Shown here: one piece after another, positions 55,192-64,000 of the stretch | How positions within the stretch are numbered: position 1 is the first letter of the stretch | How the letters are laid out: each line of letters begins with the position of its first letter | Notes under the pieces: model-generated | What the model was told of the DNA's origin: nothing | Database searches by the model: none | The model's input: the letters and a program-made list of their open reading frames with translations, nothing else | Assembly: GCA_019119495.1 (NCBI GenBank) | Contig: DWWX01000020.1 | Location: 57,738 to 121,737, forward strand | From: Candidatus Gemmiger stercorigallinarum | GTDB lineage: Bacteria; Bacillota; Clostridia; Oscillospirales; Ruminococcaceae | Direction: 5' to 3' | DNA: 64,000 nucleotides | Position numbers and translations under genes: made by a program

Positions 55192-55872
55192 ATGACAAAA
55201 AAGGAACTGGCCCTGGTGTGTATCGAGCGGCTGAAACAGCAGTATCCGCTGGCCGAATGTACGCTGGACTACGACCACGCCTGGCAGCTGCTGGTGGAAG
55301 TGCGCCTGGCCGCCCAGTGCACCGACGCCAGGGTGAATGTGGTGGTGCAGGAGCTGTTTGCCAAATACCCCAATGTCGCCGCGCTGGCCGCCGCCACGCC
55401 GGAGGAGATCGAGGAGATCGTCCGCCCCTGCGGTCTGGGCCGCAGCAAGGCGCGGGATATTTCGGCCTGTATGCGGATGCTGCGGGACGAGTATGACTGC
55501 GGCATCCCCCAGACTTTCGACGAGCTGCTCAAACTGCCGGGCGTCGGCCGCAAAAGCGCCAACCTGATCATGGGCGACGTGTTCGGCAAGCCGGCCATCG
55601 TCACCGACACCCACTGCATCCGCCTGTGCAACCGCATCGGCCTGGTGGATAACATCAAGGAACCCAAAAAGGTGGAGATGGCCCTGTGGAAGATCATCCC
55701 GCCGGAGGAGGGCAGCGACTTCTGCCACCGTCTGGTCCACCATGGCCGGGACGTCTGCACCGCCCGCACAAAGCCTTACTGCGAGCGATGCTGCCTGGCC
55801 GACGTCTGCCGCTATGCCGGCGAGAACGGCCTGGCCCCAGCCGCGCCCCGGCAGGCGGAAACACGGCGGTAA
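55192..55872 (+). CDS. nth: Endonuclease III
   Basis: LAAQCTD.RVN, HhH LPGVGRKSAN, DTH, C-X7-C-X2-C-X5-C Fe-S cluster. Confidence 0.95.
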   Translation: MTKKELALVCIERLKQQYPLAECTLDYDHAWQLLVEVRLAAQCTDARVNVVVQELFAKYPNVAALAAATPEEIEEIVRPCGLGRSKARDISACMRMLRDEYDCGIPQTFDELLKLPGVGRKSANLIMGDVFGKPAIVTDTHCIRLCNRIGLVDNIKEPKKVEMALWKIIPPEEGSDFCHRLVHHGRDVCTARTKPYCERCCLADVCRYAGENGLAPAAPRQAETRR

Positions 55873-55959
55873 ACCGGGGCAACTGCGCCGCAGGCATGGC
55901 AAAACCGGCGCGGTGTGCTATAATAGAAGAAAATCCGCAATGACAAAGGACCGAACCGC

Positions 55960-56712
55960 ATGAAGAAACACACCGACCCCAACGCCCGCCTGGGCGGCGA
56001 GCTGATGTCCGCCAAGGTGGTGGAACGGCTGGCCGCCGAACTGAAAACCGGCCGCTATGCCGGGCAGGACCGCCTGCCCGCCGAGGTGGAACTGGCCGCC
56101 CAGCTGGGCGTCAGCCGCACCGTGGTGCGCGACGCCTTGAGCGAGCTGGAACGGGAAGGCTTTGTAGAGCGGGTGCGGGGCATCGGCACCGTCGTCAACC
56201 GGGACGTGGTGGAGCTGGAAAACCGCGCCGACCACAAGCTGGAGTTTTACAGCATGATTCGCGCCAGGGGCTGCGAGCCGCGCTCCGACCACCTGGACGT
56301 CACCAGAGAGGCCGCGGACGCTCCGCTGGCCAAGAGCCTGGACATCCGCCCCGGCGACACAGTGCTGCGCATCCACCGCCGGGTGTTTGCCGACGACGTG
56401 CCGGTCATCTATTCCAGCGATGCCATCCCGCTGGCGCTGTTCGATCAGGACAAGCTGGCAAAGATGGATCTGTCCCGCCCGGTGTTTGACCTGCTGGAGC
56501 AAGCTGCCGGCCAGCAGACTGCCAGCACGGTGGCGCACATCCGCGCGGTGACGGGCGACGCGCAGGTGCGGCGGCTGCTTTCTTGCGGCGAAGGCCAGGC
56601 GCTTTTGATGCTGGACGAGACATTTTACTCCCGTCTGTGCCGGCCGATCCTGCACTGCAACACCTATTACACGGACTTTTTCGATTTCTCCATCGTGCGC
56701 AAGCTGATGTGA
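55960..56712 (+). CDS. GntR (HutC/UTRA) family regulator
   Basis: RLPAEVELAAQLGVSRTVVRDAL, G.GT.V; C-terminal UTRA-like domain; start may be 56005. Confidence 0.88.
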   Translation: MKKHTDPNARLGGELMSAKVVERLAAELKTGRYAGQDRLPAEVELAAQLGVSRTVVRDALSELEREGFVERVRGIGTVVNRDVVELENRADHKLEFYSMIRARGCEPRSDHLDVTREAADAPLAKSLDIRPGDTVLRIHRRVFADDVPVIYSSDAIPLALFDQDKLAKMDLSRPVFDLLEQAAGQQTASTVAHIRAVTGDAQVRRLLSCGEGQALLMLDETFYSRLCRPILHCNTYYTDFFDFSIVRKLM

Positions 56713-56778
56713 GCAGATACAGGCAAACGAGATCTGGAAATTTGAAAATCGGAGTAAAAACCGGAAAGGAAGCTGCCC

Positions 56779-57726
56779 ATGAGACATTTGATCGACCCGC
56801 TGGACTTTACACTGGAGGAGACCACGCGGCTGATGGACCTGGCCGACCGTATCGCCCGGGACCCCGCCGCCTATCAGGATGTGGCCGCCCGCAAAAAGCT
56901 GGCCACGCTGTTCTACGAGCCCTCCACCCGCACACGCCTTTCTTTCGAGGCTGCCATGCTCAACCTGGGCGGCAAGGTGCTGGGCTTCCCGGACGCGGGT
57001 GTTTCCAGCGCCGCCAAGGGCGAGACGGTGGCCGATACCATCCGTGTGGTCAGCTGCTATGCCGACATCGCAGCCATGCGCCACCCCAAGGAGGGCGCGC
57101 CGCTGCGGGCGTCGCGGTATTCCCGCATCCCGGTCATCAACGCCGGCGACGGCGGGCACAGCCACCCCACCCAGACGCTGCTGGACATGCTGACCATCCG
57201 CCGCCGCAAAGGCCGGCTGGACCGTTTGACCATCGGGTTCTGCGGCGATCTGAAGTTTGGCCGCACCGTTCACTCGCTGATCAAGAGCCTGGCCCGGTAC
57301 GAGGGCATGAGATTCGTGCTGATCTCGCCGGAGGAACTGCGGGTGCCCGATTATATCATCCACGAATTTCTTGAGCCGCGGGGCATCGAGTTTGTCGAGA
57401 CCCGCAGTTTGGAACAGGCCATGCCGGAGCTGGACATCCTGTACATGACCCGCGTGCAGCGGGAGCGATTCTTCAACGAGGAGGACTATGTCCGGCTGAA
57501 AAACAGCTATGTGCTGACCGAGGCCAAAATGAACCTGGCGCGGCCGGATATGGCGGTGCTGCATCCGCTGCCCCGCGTCAACGAGATCACGCTGGACGTG
57601 GACGACGACCCGCGCGCGGCTTACTTTGAGCAGGTGCAGAACGGCGTGTACATGCGCATGGCGCTGATCATGACACTGCTGGGGCTGAAGGACCCCAAAA
57701 CCGGGGAGGTGGCGTTTGAATGCTGA
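56779..57726 (+). CDS. pyrB: Aspartate carbamoyltransferase catalytic subunit
   Basis: [43 protein letters not shown]. Confidence 0.97.
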   Translation: MRHLIDPLDFTLEETTRLMDLADRIARDPAAYQDVAARKKLATLFYEPSTRTRLSFEAAMLNLGGKVLGFPDAGVSSAAKGETVADTIRVVSCYADIAAMRHPKEGAPLRASRYSRIPVINAGDGGHSHPTQTLLDMLTIRRRKGRLDRLTIGFCGDLKFGRTVHSLIKSLARYEGMRFVLISPEELRVPDYIIHEFLEPRGIEFVETRSLEQAMPELDILYMTRVQRERFFNEEDYVRLKNSYVLTEAKMNLARPDMAVLHPLPRVNEITLDVDDDPRAAYFEQVQNGVYMRMALIMTLLGLKDPKTGEVAFEC

Positions 57727-58148
57727 ATGTTGACGAGATCCAAAACGGCGTGGTGATCGACCATATCACCGCAGGCACCGGGATGGCGCTGTACCACTTG
57801 ATGGAGCTGGAAAAGCTGCCCTGCGCCAGCGTGGCGCTTTTGCAGAACGTCCGCAGCCAGAAAAGCGGCAAAAAGGACATCATCAAGATCGAGGGGGACG
57901 TCAGCCGGCTGAACTTTGACGTGCTGGGCTACCTGGACCCGCAGATCACCATCAGCTGCATCGAAAACGGGCATATCGTCCGCAAGATCCGCCCCGATCA
58001 GCCCAAGCGGCTGGTGAACGTGATCAAATGCACCAATCCGCGCTGCATCACGGCGGTGGAGGAGGGCTGCGACCATATCTTTGCCCTGACCCCCAGCGGA
58101 CGTTACCGCTGCATCTACTGCGAGGAAGAATTCCGCGTTAAGCCGTAA
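57720..58148 (+). CDS. pyrI: Aspartate carbamoyltransferase regulatory subunit
   Basis: [29 protein letters not shown]. Confidence 0.93.
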   Translation: MLNVDEIQNGVVIDHITAGTGMALYHLMELEKLPCASVALLQNVRSQKSGKKDIIKIEGDVSRLNFDVLGYLDPQITISCIENGHIVRKIRPDQPKRLVNVIKCTNPRCITAVEEGCDHIFALTPSGRYRCIYCEEEFRVKP

Positions 58149-58388
58149 ACAGAAACCTGTTTGTGGAATCGGGACGGCATGCTGCCTGCGCTGGCGGCTG
58201 CCGCCCCGTTTTTGTATGCGGTTCGATGCGCCGGCAATGTGCAATATTTACAAAAACATAAGGCACAGATTGAGCAAAATTCACAGCAGCCCCCTTGATT
58301 TTCCTGGAACGATTGCGCTATAGTAGAGGGCGTTCCGCAGCAGGGGAGCACCCTGCGCGGGAATTGGGGAAATAGAGGATGTGAGGAT

Positions 58389-59759
58389 ATGACAAAGGAT
58401 CTGACCGGAGGGCATCCGCTCAAGGTGATTTTGTGGTTTGCCTTTCCGCTGGTACTGGGCAACCTGTTCCAGCAGTTTTACAGCCTGGCCGACACCATCA
58501 TTGTCGGCCGTTTTGTCGGCGTGGACGCGCTGGCGGCGGTGGGCTCCACCGGCTCGATCAATTATATGATCCTGGGCTTTGTGATCGGCGTGTGCAACGG
58601 GTTTGCCATTCCCATTGCACAGTTTTTCGGCGCGAAAGACCACGGCGATATGCGTCGGTACGTTGCAAACTCGGCCTGGCTGTGCCTGGCGGGTGCGGTG
58701 GTGCTGACCGCCGCCACGGTTCTGCTGACGCGACCGATCCTGCAGCTGATGCAGACGCCGGCGGACATCATCGGCGATGCAGTTACCTACATCGGATGGA
58801 TCTTTGCCGGCATCCCCTTTGTGTTTTTGTACAACATGGTGGCAAGCATCATGCGGGCACTGGGCGACAGCCGCACCCCGCTGATCTTTCTTGTCATTAC
58901 CAGTGTGCTGAACGTGGGGCTGGACCTGTTTTTTATCATTGTATTCGATGCCGGGGTGTTCGGCGCCGCGTTCGCCACCGATCTGTCCCAGGCGATCTCC
59001 GGCATTGCCAGCCTGATCTACCTGGTCAAGCGGTTTGAGGTGCTGCAGATGCAAAAAGGGGAGCAGTCACCGGACCGCGGGGTCTGCGGCCGTCTGCTGG
59101 CCATGGGGCTGCCGATGGGCCTGCAGTGCAGCATCACCGCCATCGGTTCGGTCATCATGCAGTGGGCGGTCAACGTATTGGGCAGCACGGCGGTGGCGGC
59201 TGTCACCGCCGCAGGCAAGACCAGCAATCTGCTCAGCGTGCCGCTGGAAAGCCTGGGCACCGCCATGGCCACTTACGCCGGGCAGAACCTGGGCGCGGCC
59301 CGGCTGGACCGGGTGCGCAGCGGCGTGCGGTATGCGCTGGGCATTACGGTGATGTATGCGGTGCTGGCACTGGTGCTGCTGCATTTCTTTGACGTTGCCA
59401 TCATCGGTATGTTCATCGATACCGGCGCCGAGGTGGAGGTGGTCAGCCTGGCCCGCAGCTACCTGTTCTGGAACGGGCTTTTCTTCCTGCCGCTGGGGGC
59501 GCTGATCGTCTGGCGGTACGTGATCCAGGGGCTGGGCTATTCCAGCATCGCCATGCTGGCCGGCGTGGCCGAGATGGTCGCGCGCACCGGCGTGGCCCTG
59601 GTGTTGGTGCCGGGGCTGGGCTTTTTCGGCGCGTCGCTGGCAAACCCGGCTGCCTGGGTGGCCGCCTGCATTTTCCTGCTGCCCGCCTACACCTGGACCA
59701 TGCGCCATATCGCAAACCGGCTGCAGGCAAACCGGCTGCGGATGGAACAGCCGGCCTGA
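58389..59759 (+). CDS. MATE family efflux transporter
   Basis: GNLFQQFYSLADTIIVG, RALGDSRTPL, QNLGA. Confidence 0.93.
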   Translation: MTKDLTGGHPLKVILWFAFPLVLGNLFQQFYSLADTIIVGRFVGVDALAAVGSTGSINYMILGFVIGVCNGFAIPIAQFFGAKDHGDMRRYVANSAWLCLAGAVVLTAATVLLTRPILQLMQTPADIIGDAVTYIGWIFAGIPFVFLYNMVASIMRALGDSRTPLIFLVITSVLNVGLDLFFIIVFDAGVFGAAFATDLSQAISGIASLIYLVKRFEVLQMQKGEQSPDRGVCGRLLAMGLPMGLQCSITAIGSVIMQWAVNVLGSTAVAAVTAAGKTSNLLSVPLESLGTAMATYAGQNLGAARLDRVRSGVRYALGITVMYAVLALVLLHFFDVAIIGMFIDTGAEVEVVSLARSYLFWNGLFFLPLGALIVWRYVIQGLGYSSIAMLAGVAEMVARTGVALVLVPGLGFFGASLANPAAWVAACIFLLPAYTWTMRHIANRLQANRLRMEQPA

Positions 59760-59772
59760 AACGCATAAACCA

Positions 59773-59813
59773 CAAAGGGCAGGCCCCGCCAAAACGGCGG
59801 GGCCTGCCCTTTG
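59773..59813. terminator. Bidirectional terminator
   Basis: 18-bp perfect stem CAAAGGGCAGGCCCCGCC/GGCGGGGCCTGCCCTTTG between convergent genes. Confidence 0.8.
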
Positions 59814-59876
59814 CGATGTCAGCTTTCCAAAACAGAGCGGACGTTTTTTTATCCGGATCCCTCTGCGTATGACGGG

Positions 59877-60638
59877 TCACAAATACAGCTCGCAGTCCTT
59901 GCGGGCGGCGCAGGGGGCCTGCAAAAAGGCTTCCAGCCCGGCCAATGCTTCCGGGGCTATGGCCCGGGCCTGCTGCGGGCATACCGCCACGCAGCGCATG
60001 CAGCTGATGCAGCGGTCCGCGTCGGTGCGGGCCGGGACGTTGGGGTCGATGGCCTGCACCGGGCAGCGCGCAGCGCACAGCCCGCAGGCGGTACAGCGGC
60101 TGCCGGCCTGCGGGATCATGCGGCGCACGCCCAGCGGTTTGTAGGGCCGGTGGCCGGGCAGCGGCGGCAGACCGTCGCCGCCTGCATCCAGTTTGGCCTG
60201 GATCTGCCGGGCAAAGCCGCGCAGCGTTTCTGCGTCCTTGGCGTCAGGTCGTCCGGCGGCATACCGGCGCGCGATGGAATGCTCCGCCACAGCGGCTACG
60301 GCTGCAGCGGCGCGGAAGCCTGCGGCTTTGGCCAGGTCCTCCAGCTCCACCAGGGTATCCTCGTAGGCGCGGTTGCCGTACACGCACAGCAGCACCGCCC
60401 GCGCCCCGCCGCCCGGCATCTTCAGCAGCCGCTGCGCCGCGGCTGCCGGCACGCGGCCGCCGTAGGACGGCACCGCAATAACGGCGGTATCCCCGCAGTC
60501 CGGGCGGAAGGCGGAAAAATCCATCTCGCTGCTGCACAGGTCGACCGAAACGGGTTCCCCGCGCAGGCCGCCGCACAGCAGGTCGGCGGCCTTCTGCGTG
60601 CCGCCGGTGGGGCTGAACACGATCTGCCAAAGTTTCAT
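59877..60638 (-). CDS. Flavodoxin-ferredoxin fusion (EFR1 family)
   Basis: FSPTGGT, VPSYGGR, YGNRAYED, two CxxCxxCxxxCP motifs. Confidence 0.9.
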   Translation of the reverse strand: MKLWQIVFSPTGGTQKAADLLCGGLRGEPVSVDLCSSEMDFSAFRPDCGDTAVIAVPSYGGRVPAAAAQRLLKMPGGGARAVLLCVYGNRAYEDTLVELEDLAKAAGFRAAAAVAAVAEHSIARRYAAGRPDAKDAETLRGFARQIQAKLDAGGDGLPPLPGHRPYKPLGVRRMIPQAGSRCTACGLCAARCPVQAIDPNVPARTDADRCISCMRCVAVCPQQARAIAPEALAGLEAFLQAPCAARKDCELYL

Positions 60639-60705
60639 GGGTCTCTTCCTCCTGTGATCCTGCCCCATATCGAGGCGGCCTTTTCTGCCGGCCTGTTCAG
60701 GCGCT

Positions 60706-62244
60706 TTAAAAATCCCGGCTGTGTTCGCTCTGGCGGAGGTCGTCCCGCTCCAGCTCGGCCAGCAGCCGGTCGTGGGCCGCATCCAGCAAAAGGGTCTGGC
60801 TGTACTGCTCAAAACGCTCGCACTCGTTGTCGGACAAAAACGGCGCCGAATCCGGTCCCAGGGCAAGCTCGTTCACAAAAACGACCATTTCCTGCTCGTT
60901 CTGGAACGCGCGCTCCATAAAGTCAAAGGCGGATTCCAGCGCGTCGCCGGCGGCGGCAACAGCCTCCTCCCGCTTGCGCACCTGCCGGTTGAAGCCGGCG
61001 CGCACCAGGTCGAACGCCTCGTCGCCGTCGGCGTCGTCGGGCACCGTTCTGGCCCAGGCGCGCAGCAGTTCCAGCGCCTGGCGGTGGATGCCCGCCTCCT
61101 GCGGGGTCAGCCGTCCGGCGGCGGTCTCGGCGGTCAGGCGGTCCGCAGCGTCGCTGCACTGGTCCGCCAGCAGAGCGGCGGGGGTGCTGCCGGCGCCCTG
61201 CCGCTCCAGCCCGCGCTTGTAGGCCCGCAGCTGCTGGTAGCAGGCGTCGGTGATGGCGTCGGCCTCGCGGGCGGCCGAAAAGCGGACATTCAGCCCGGCC
61301 AGCAGCAGGCTGACCAGCGAAAGCCGCTCGTCAAAGCCGGCGTTCAGCGCCCGTTCCACCACGCGGTCAAAGGGCTTGCCCCGCAAAATGTCCTCCACGC
61401 CGTAATCCTCGTGATACTTTTTGTACAGCGCCCAGTAGGCGGCAAAGTCCCGCGATACCTCCGGGTGGCGCAGGTACTGACCGATCAGATCCTCGTCCAC
61501 CGGCAGGTCCAGCGCGTCGCAGGTCTGCAGCATGGCGGACAGATCCTCCCAGCCGCGGGCAGTGACGAACTGCGCGCCGTCCACGTCCTGTTCCACCTTG
61601 TAAAAGTGCTGGGGGCGCAGCTCCAGATAGGCCGTCACCGCCGGGTGCAGCCGCTGGGCGCGGGCGTACTCCTGCCAGGCGGGCAGGCTGGGCTCCACGT
61701 CGATACGACGCACCCGGTCCAGTGTGACCAGGTCGAATTCCCGCACGCTCTTGTTGTATTCGGGCGGGTTGCCGGCCGTCACGATTACCCAGCCCTCTGG
61801 CACCGCCTGGTTGCCAAAGGTTTTGTACTGCAAAAACTGCAGCATGGTGGGGGCCAGCGTTTCGGATACGCAGTTGATCTCGTCAATAAACAGAATGCCC
61901 TGCCGCAGCCCGGTCTGCTCCATTTTGGCGTAGACGCTGGCAATGATCTCGCTCATGGTGTATTCGGTCACGCTGCGGGTCCTGCCGTCAAAATTGCGCT
62001 CCCGGATAAAGGGCAGGCCGACGGCGCTCTGGCGCGTGTGGTGGGTGATGGTGTAGGCCACCAGCGCCACGCCGCATTCCCGCGCTGCCTGCTCGACGAT
62101 CTGGGTCTTGCCCACGCCGGGCGGGCCCATCAGCAAAATGGGCCGCTGCCGCAGGGCGGGGATGCGGTAGTTTCCAGCGGCGTCCCTGGCCAGATAGGCC
62201 TTGACGGTGCGCTCGATCTCCTGTTTTGCTCGTTTGATGTCCAT
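60706..62244 (-). CDS. MoxR-like AAA+ ATPase with C-terminal helical extension
   Basis: GPPGVGKT, ILFIDEIN, TAGNPPEYN, DR; CAGGAGG RBS. Confidence 0.88.
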   Translation of the reverse strand: MDIKRAKQEIERTVKAYLARDAAGNYRIPALRQRPILLMGPPGVGKTQIVEQAARECGVALVAYTITHHTRQSAVGLPFIRERNFDGRTRSVTEYTMSEIIASVYAKMEQTGLRQGILFIDEINCVSETLAPTMLQFLQYKTFGNQAVPEGWVIVTAGNPPEYNKSVREFDLVTLDRVRRIDVEPSLPAWQEYARAQRLHPAVTAYLELRPQHFYKVEQDVDGAQFVTARGWEDLSAMLQTCDALDLPVDEDLIGQYLRHPEVSRDFAAYWALYKKYHEDYGVEDILRGKPFDRVVERALNAGFDERLSLVSLLLAGLNVRFSAAREADAITDACYQQLRAYKRGLERQGAGSTPAALLADQCSDAADRLTAETAAGRLTPQEAGIHRQALELLRAWARTVPDDADGDEAFDLVRAGFNRQVRKREEAVAAAGDALESAFDFMERAFQNEQEMVVFVNELALGPDSAPFLSDNECERFEQYSQTLLLDAAHDRLLAELERDDLRQSEHSRDF

Positions 62245-62290
62245 GGTATGCGCCTCCTGGTGCATGTGGGATCTTGTCTTGCGGCCGCGG

Positions 62291-63664
62291 TCACAGCTGC
62301 GGCAGGTCGTCCATTTCGTCCTGGGCCCAGTCCATGGGCGGCAGGACGGGGGCTTTGGGCTGGATCAGCTCCTCCGGTTCGATCACCAGCCGCATGGCCC
62401 AGGGCGGCACTTCCGGGGGTGGCTCGCCGTTGTCCAAAAACAAAAACGCCGTGTCGTAGCCCGGCCGCCGGGACGGGTAGGTGCCCTTGCCGTCGGTGAA
62501 ATAGAGGGCGCCCTGCAGCTCCCGCAGGCGGCCTTCCTGCCGCAGCTCCTCGATGCGGGCAAAAGCCGGGCGGAAATCCGTCCCGCCGCCGCCTTTCAGC
62601 ACAAAATTCCGGGCATAGCGGTCCAGAGAATCCAGGTCGGTCAGGAAGGTCTCGCTGCGCACCGCGTCGTCGCACTGCAGCACCAGCACCCGGCACTTGG
62701 CAAAAAAGGTGTCGGCGGACTTCAGCAGGGTAAAGGTCTCTTTCAAAAAGGCTTTGACCAGCTCGCCGGAGGTGGATTCGCTGGTGTCCAGCACGATGGC
62801 GAGATCCCGCACCCGCTTGGTCTCGCGGGTCTCCAGCGGCTCGATCAGGGGCAGGTTGCCGTAGGTGCGCAGCCCGTAGGAATAATACCCCAGGTCAAAC
62901 TCGTCCGGGTCCAGGCGGGGTTCCTCCCGCCAGACGGCAAACCTGCGCAAAAAGTCCCGGTACTGCCGCCGGCTTTGGCCCGCCTGTACCTGGGCGGCCA
63001 GGGCGGCGGCGCCGTCCGCGGCGGACGCCCTGCTGCCGGCCTGCTGCATCGAAAGCTGCGTCTGGCGGCCCAGCTGCTCCCAGCGGCTGCCCTGCATCTG
63101 TGCGGCGGGGGCGTCCGGGTCTTTGGGCCACAGGCGGTGGCTGTCGCAGAAAAATTCCTCCCGCAGGCGGGCAAGTTCCTCCGGGGCATAACCGCACAGC
63201 GCCCGGTAGATGGGCCCTGCGCCCAGCAGCCGGCACTGGCCGGCCAGCTTGCGGTAAGTCTCGCTGCGCAGCCAGCCCACCGGCCGGGCCAGTGCCGGCA
63301 CGCCCAGGCGGTCCAGCGTGTGCTCCACCGCAATGTCGCAGGCAAGGCCCCACAAAGCCGGGTCTCGGCTGCCCCGCAGCCACAGATGCCGGAACACACA
63401 ATGGAGCACGCTGTGCAGGTAGGCGCGGGGCAGATAGGCATGGTTTTTGCGGTACAGCCCCAGCAGCCAGCCGGGCGCAAAGCAGAGCCGGGCGCCGTCG
63501 GTGGCAAAAGCGGTCAGGGAGTCCTGCTCGGCGGGCGTCAGCGCGCAGAGGGCGGCGTTCATATAGGGCAGCGCCAGGTACAATTCGCCCCGGATGGCGG
63601 CAAATACTTTTTGGGCCATGGCGCTTTCCCATTCGGCCTGTGTTTCAATGTGCTTGCCGGGCAC
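62291..63664 (-). CDS. DUF2201-type metallopeptidase-like + VWA domain protein
   Basis: ATDG, LHSVLHCVFRH, W.LACDIAVE, DSH.LW; MIDAS DTSEST, QCD, GGGGTDFRPAF, YFTDG. Confidence 0.85.
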   Translation of the reverse strand: MPGKHIETQAEWESAMAQKVFAAIRGELYLALPYMNAALCALTPAEQDSLTAFATDGARLCFAPGWLLGLYRKNHAYLPRAYLHSVLHCVFRHLWLRGSRDPALWGLACDIAVEHTLDRLGVPALARPVGWLRSETYRKLAGQCRLLGAGPIYRALCGYAPEELARLREEFFCDSHRLWPKDPDAPAAQMQGSRWEQLGRQTQLSMQQAGSRASAADGAAALAAQVQAGQSRRQYRDFLRRFAVWREEPRLDPDEFDLGYYSYGLRTYGNLPLIEPLETRETKRVRDLAIVLDTSESTSGELVKAFLKETFTLLKSADTFFAKCRVLVLQCDDAVRSETFLTDLDSLDRYARNFVLKGGGGTDFRPAFARIEELRQEGRLRELQGALYFTDGKGTYPSRRPGYDTAFLFLDNGEPPPEVPPWAMRLVIEPEELIQPKAPVLPPMDWAQDEMDDLPQL

Positions 63665-63705
63665 GGCGTGCCGCCTCCTTTCCGGGAAATTTGACTGCTA
63701 GAAAG

Positions 63706-64000
63706 TTAGAGATCGTCAAAGGTGTAACTCTTTTTGGCCGTTGCGCGCCGGCCGCCCAGAAACAGCGCCGCGCCGGGGCCGAACCCGGCCGCGCCGCAGG
63801 CCTGCGCCACGGCGGCAAGGTCACAGGGGGAAAGGCCGTCCAGGCTGCGGACAAAGCGCAGGGCCTCCAGGTCGCGGGCGGCGATCAGCGGCCGGCAGGC
63901 GTCGGACAGATGCACCGCCAGATATGCGGTATAAACGCCGCGGGCGGCGGCATCCAGCGCAAACGGATACCGCAGCCGCCCCAGAGCGATGCGGCACAGC
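63706..64000 (-). CDS. C-terminus of a hypothetical protein (truncated by window edge)
   Basis: Open frame ...IALGRLRYPFAL...YTAYL...KKSYTFDDL* directly upstream of the VWA gene. Confidence 0.6.
   Translation of the reverse strand, partial: LCRIALGRLRYPFALDAAARGVYTAYLAVHLSDACRPLIAARDLEALRFVRSLDGLSPCDLAAVAQACGAAGFGPGAALFLGGRRATAKKSYTFDDL

Overview
High-GC, mostly core-chromosome window from a Clostridia (Bacillota) bacterium. Gene content and style suggest Oscillospiraceae/Ruminococcaceae (Subdoligranulum/Gemmiger-like); this is inference. It holds about 55 CDSs: a carboxyltransferase-BCCP-OadA operon, ligA, lysA, rplS-lepB-rbgA-rnhB-yraN-thrC, tig-clpP-clpX, CIRCE-groES-groEL, T-box-alaS, comEC-holA-rnmV, lon-engB-hslO, guaB, pta, a Fur-family regulator, rarA/nth, pyrB-pyrI, a MATE and a MoxR-AAA/VWA module. 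It also has 4 tRNAs (Arg-TCT, His-GTG, Gln-TTG, Leu-TAA), an L19 leader and many intrinsic terminators. I saw no CRISPR array, transposase, integrase or prophage. The best novel candidate is an unannotated ~85-nt transcription unit upstream of guaB with a consensus promoter and its own terminator. Its body is the antisense of a Shine-Dalgarno plus AUG-AAA-AAG start region and has 13-nt perfect complementarity to the start of the VanZ-family gene in this window. Other leads: a transcarboxylase-like operon lacking membrane subunits, an in-frame RnmV-DUF3795 fusion with an internal RBS, a recurrent 17-bp operator-like palindrome, and an AAA/VWA pseudo-metallopeptidase module. All product calls are by-eye motif recognition; no database searches were run.
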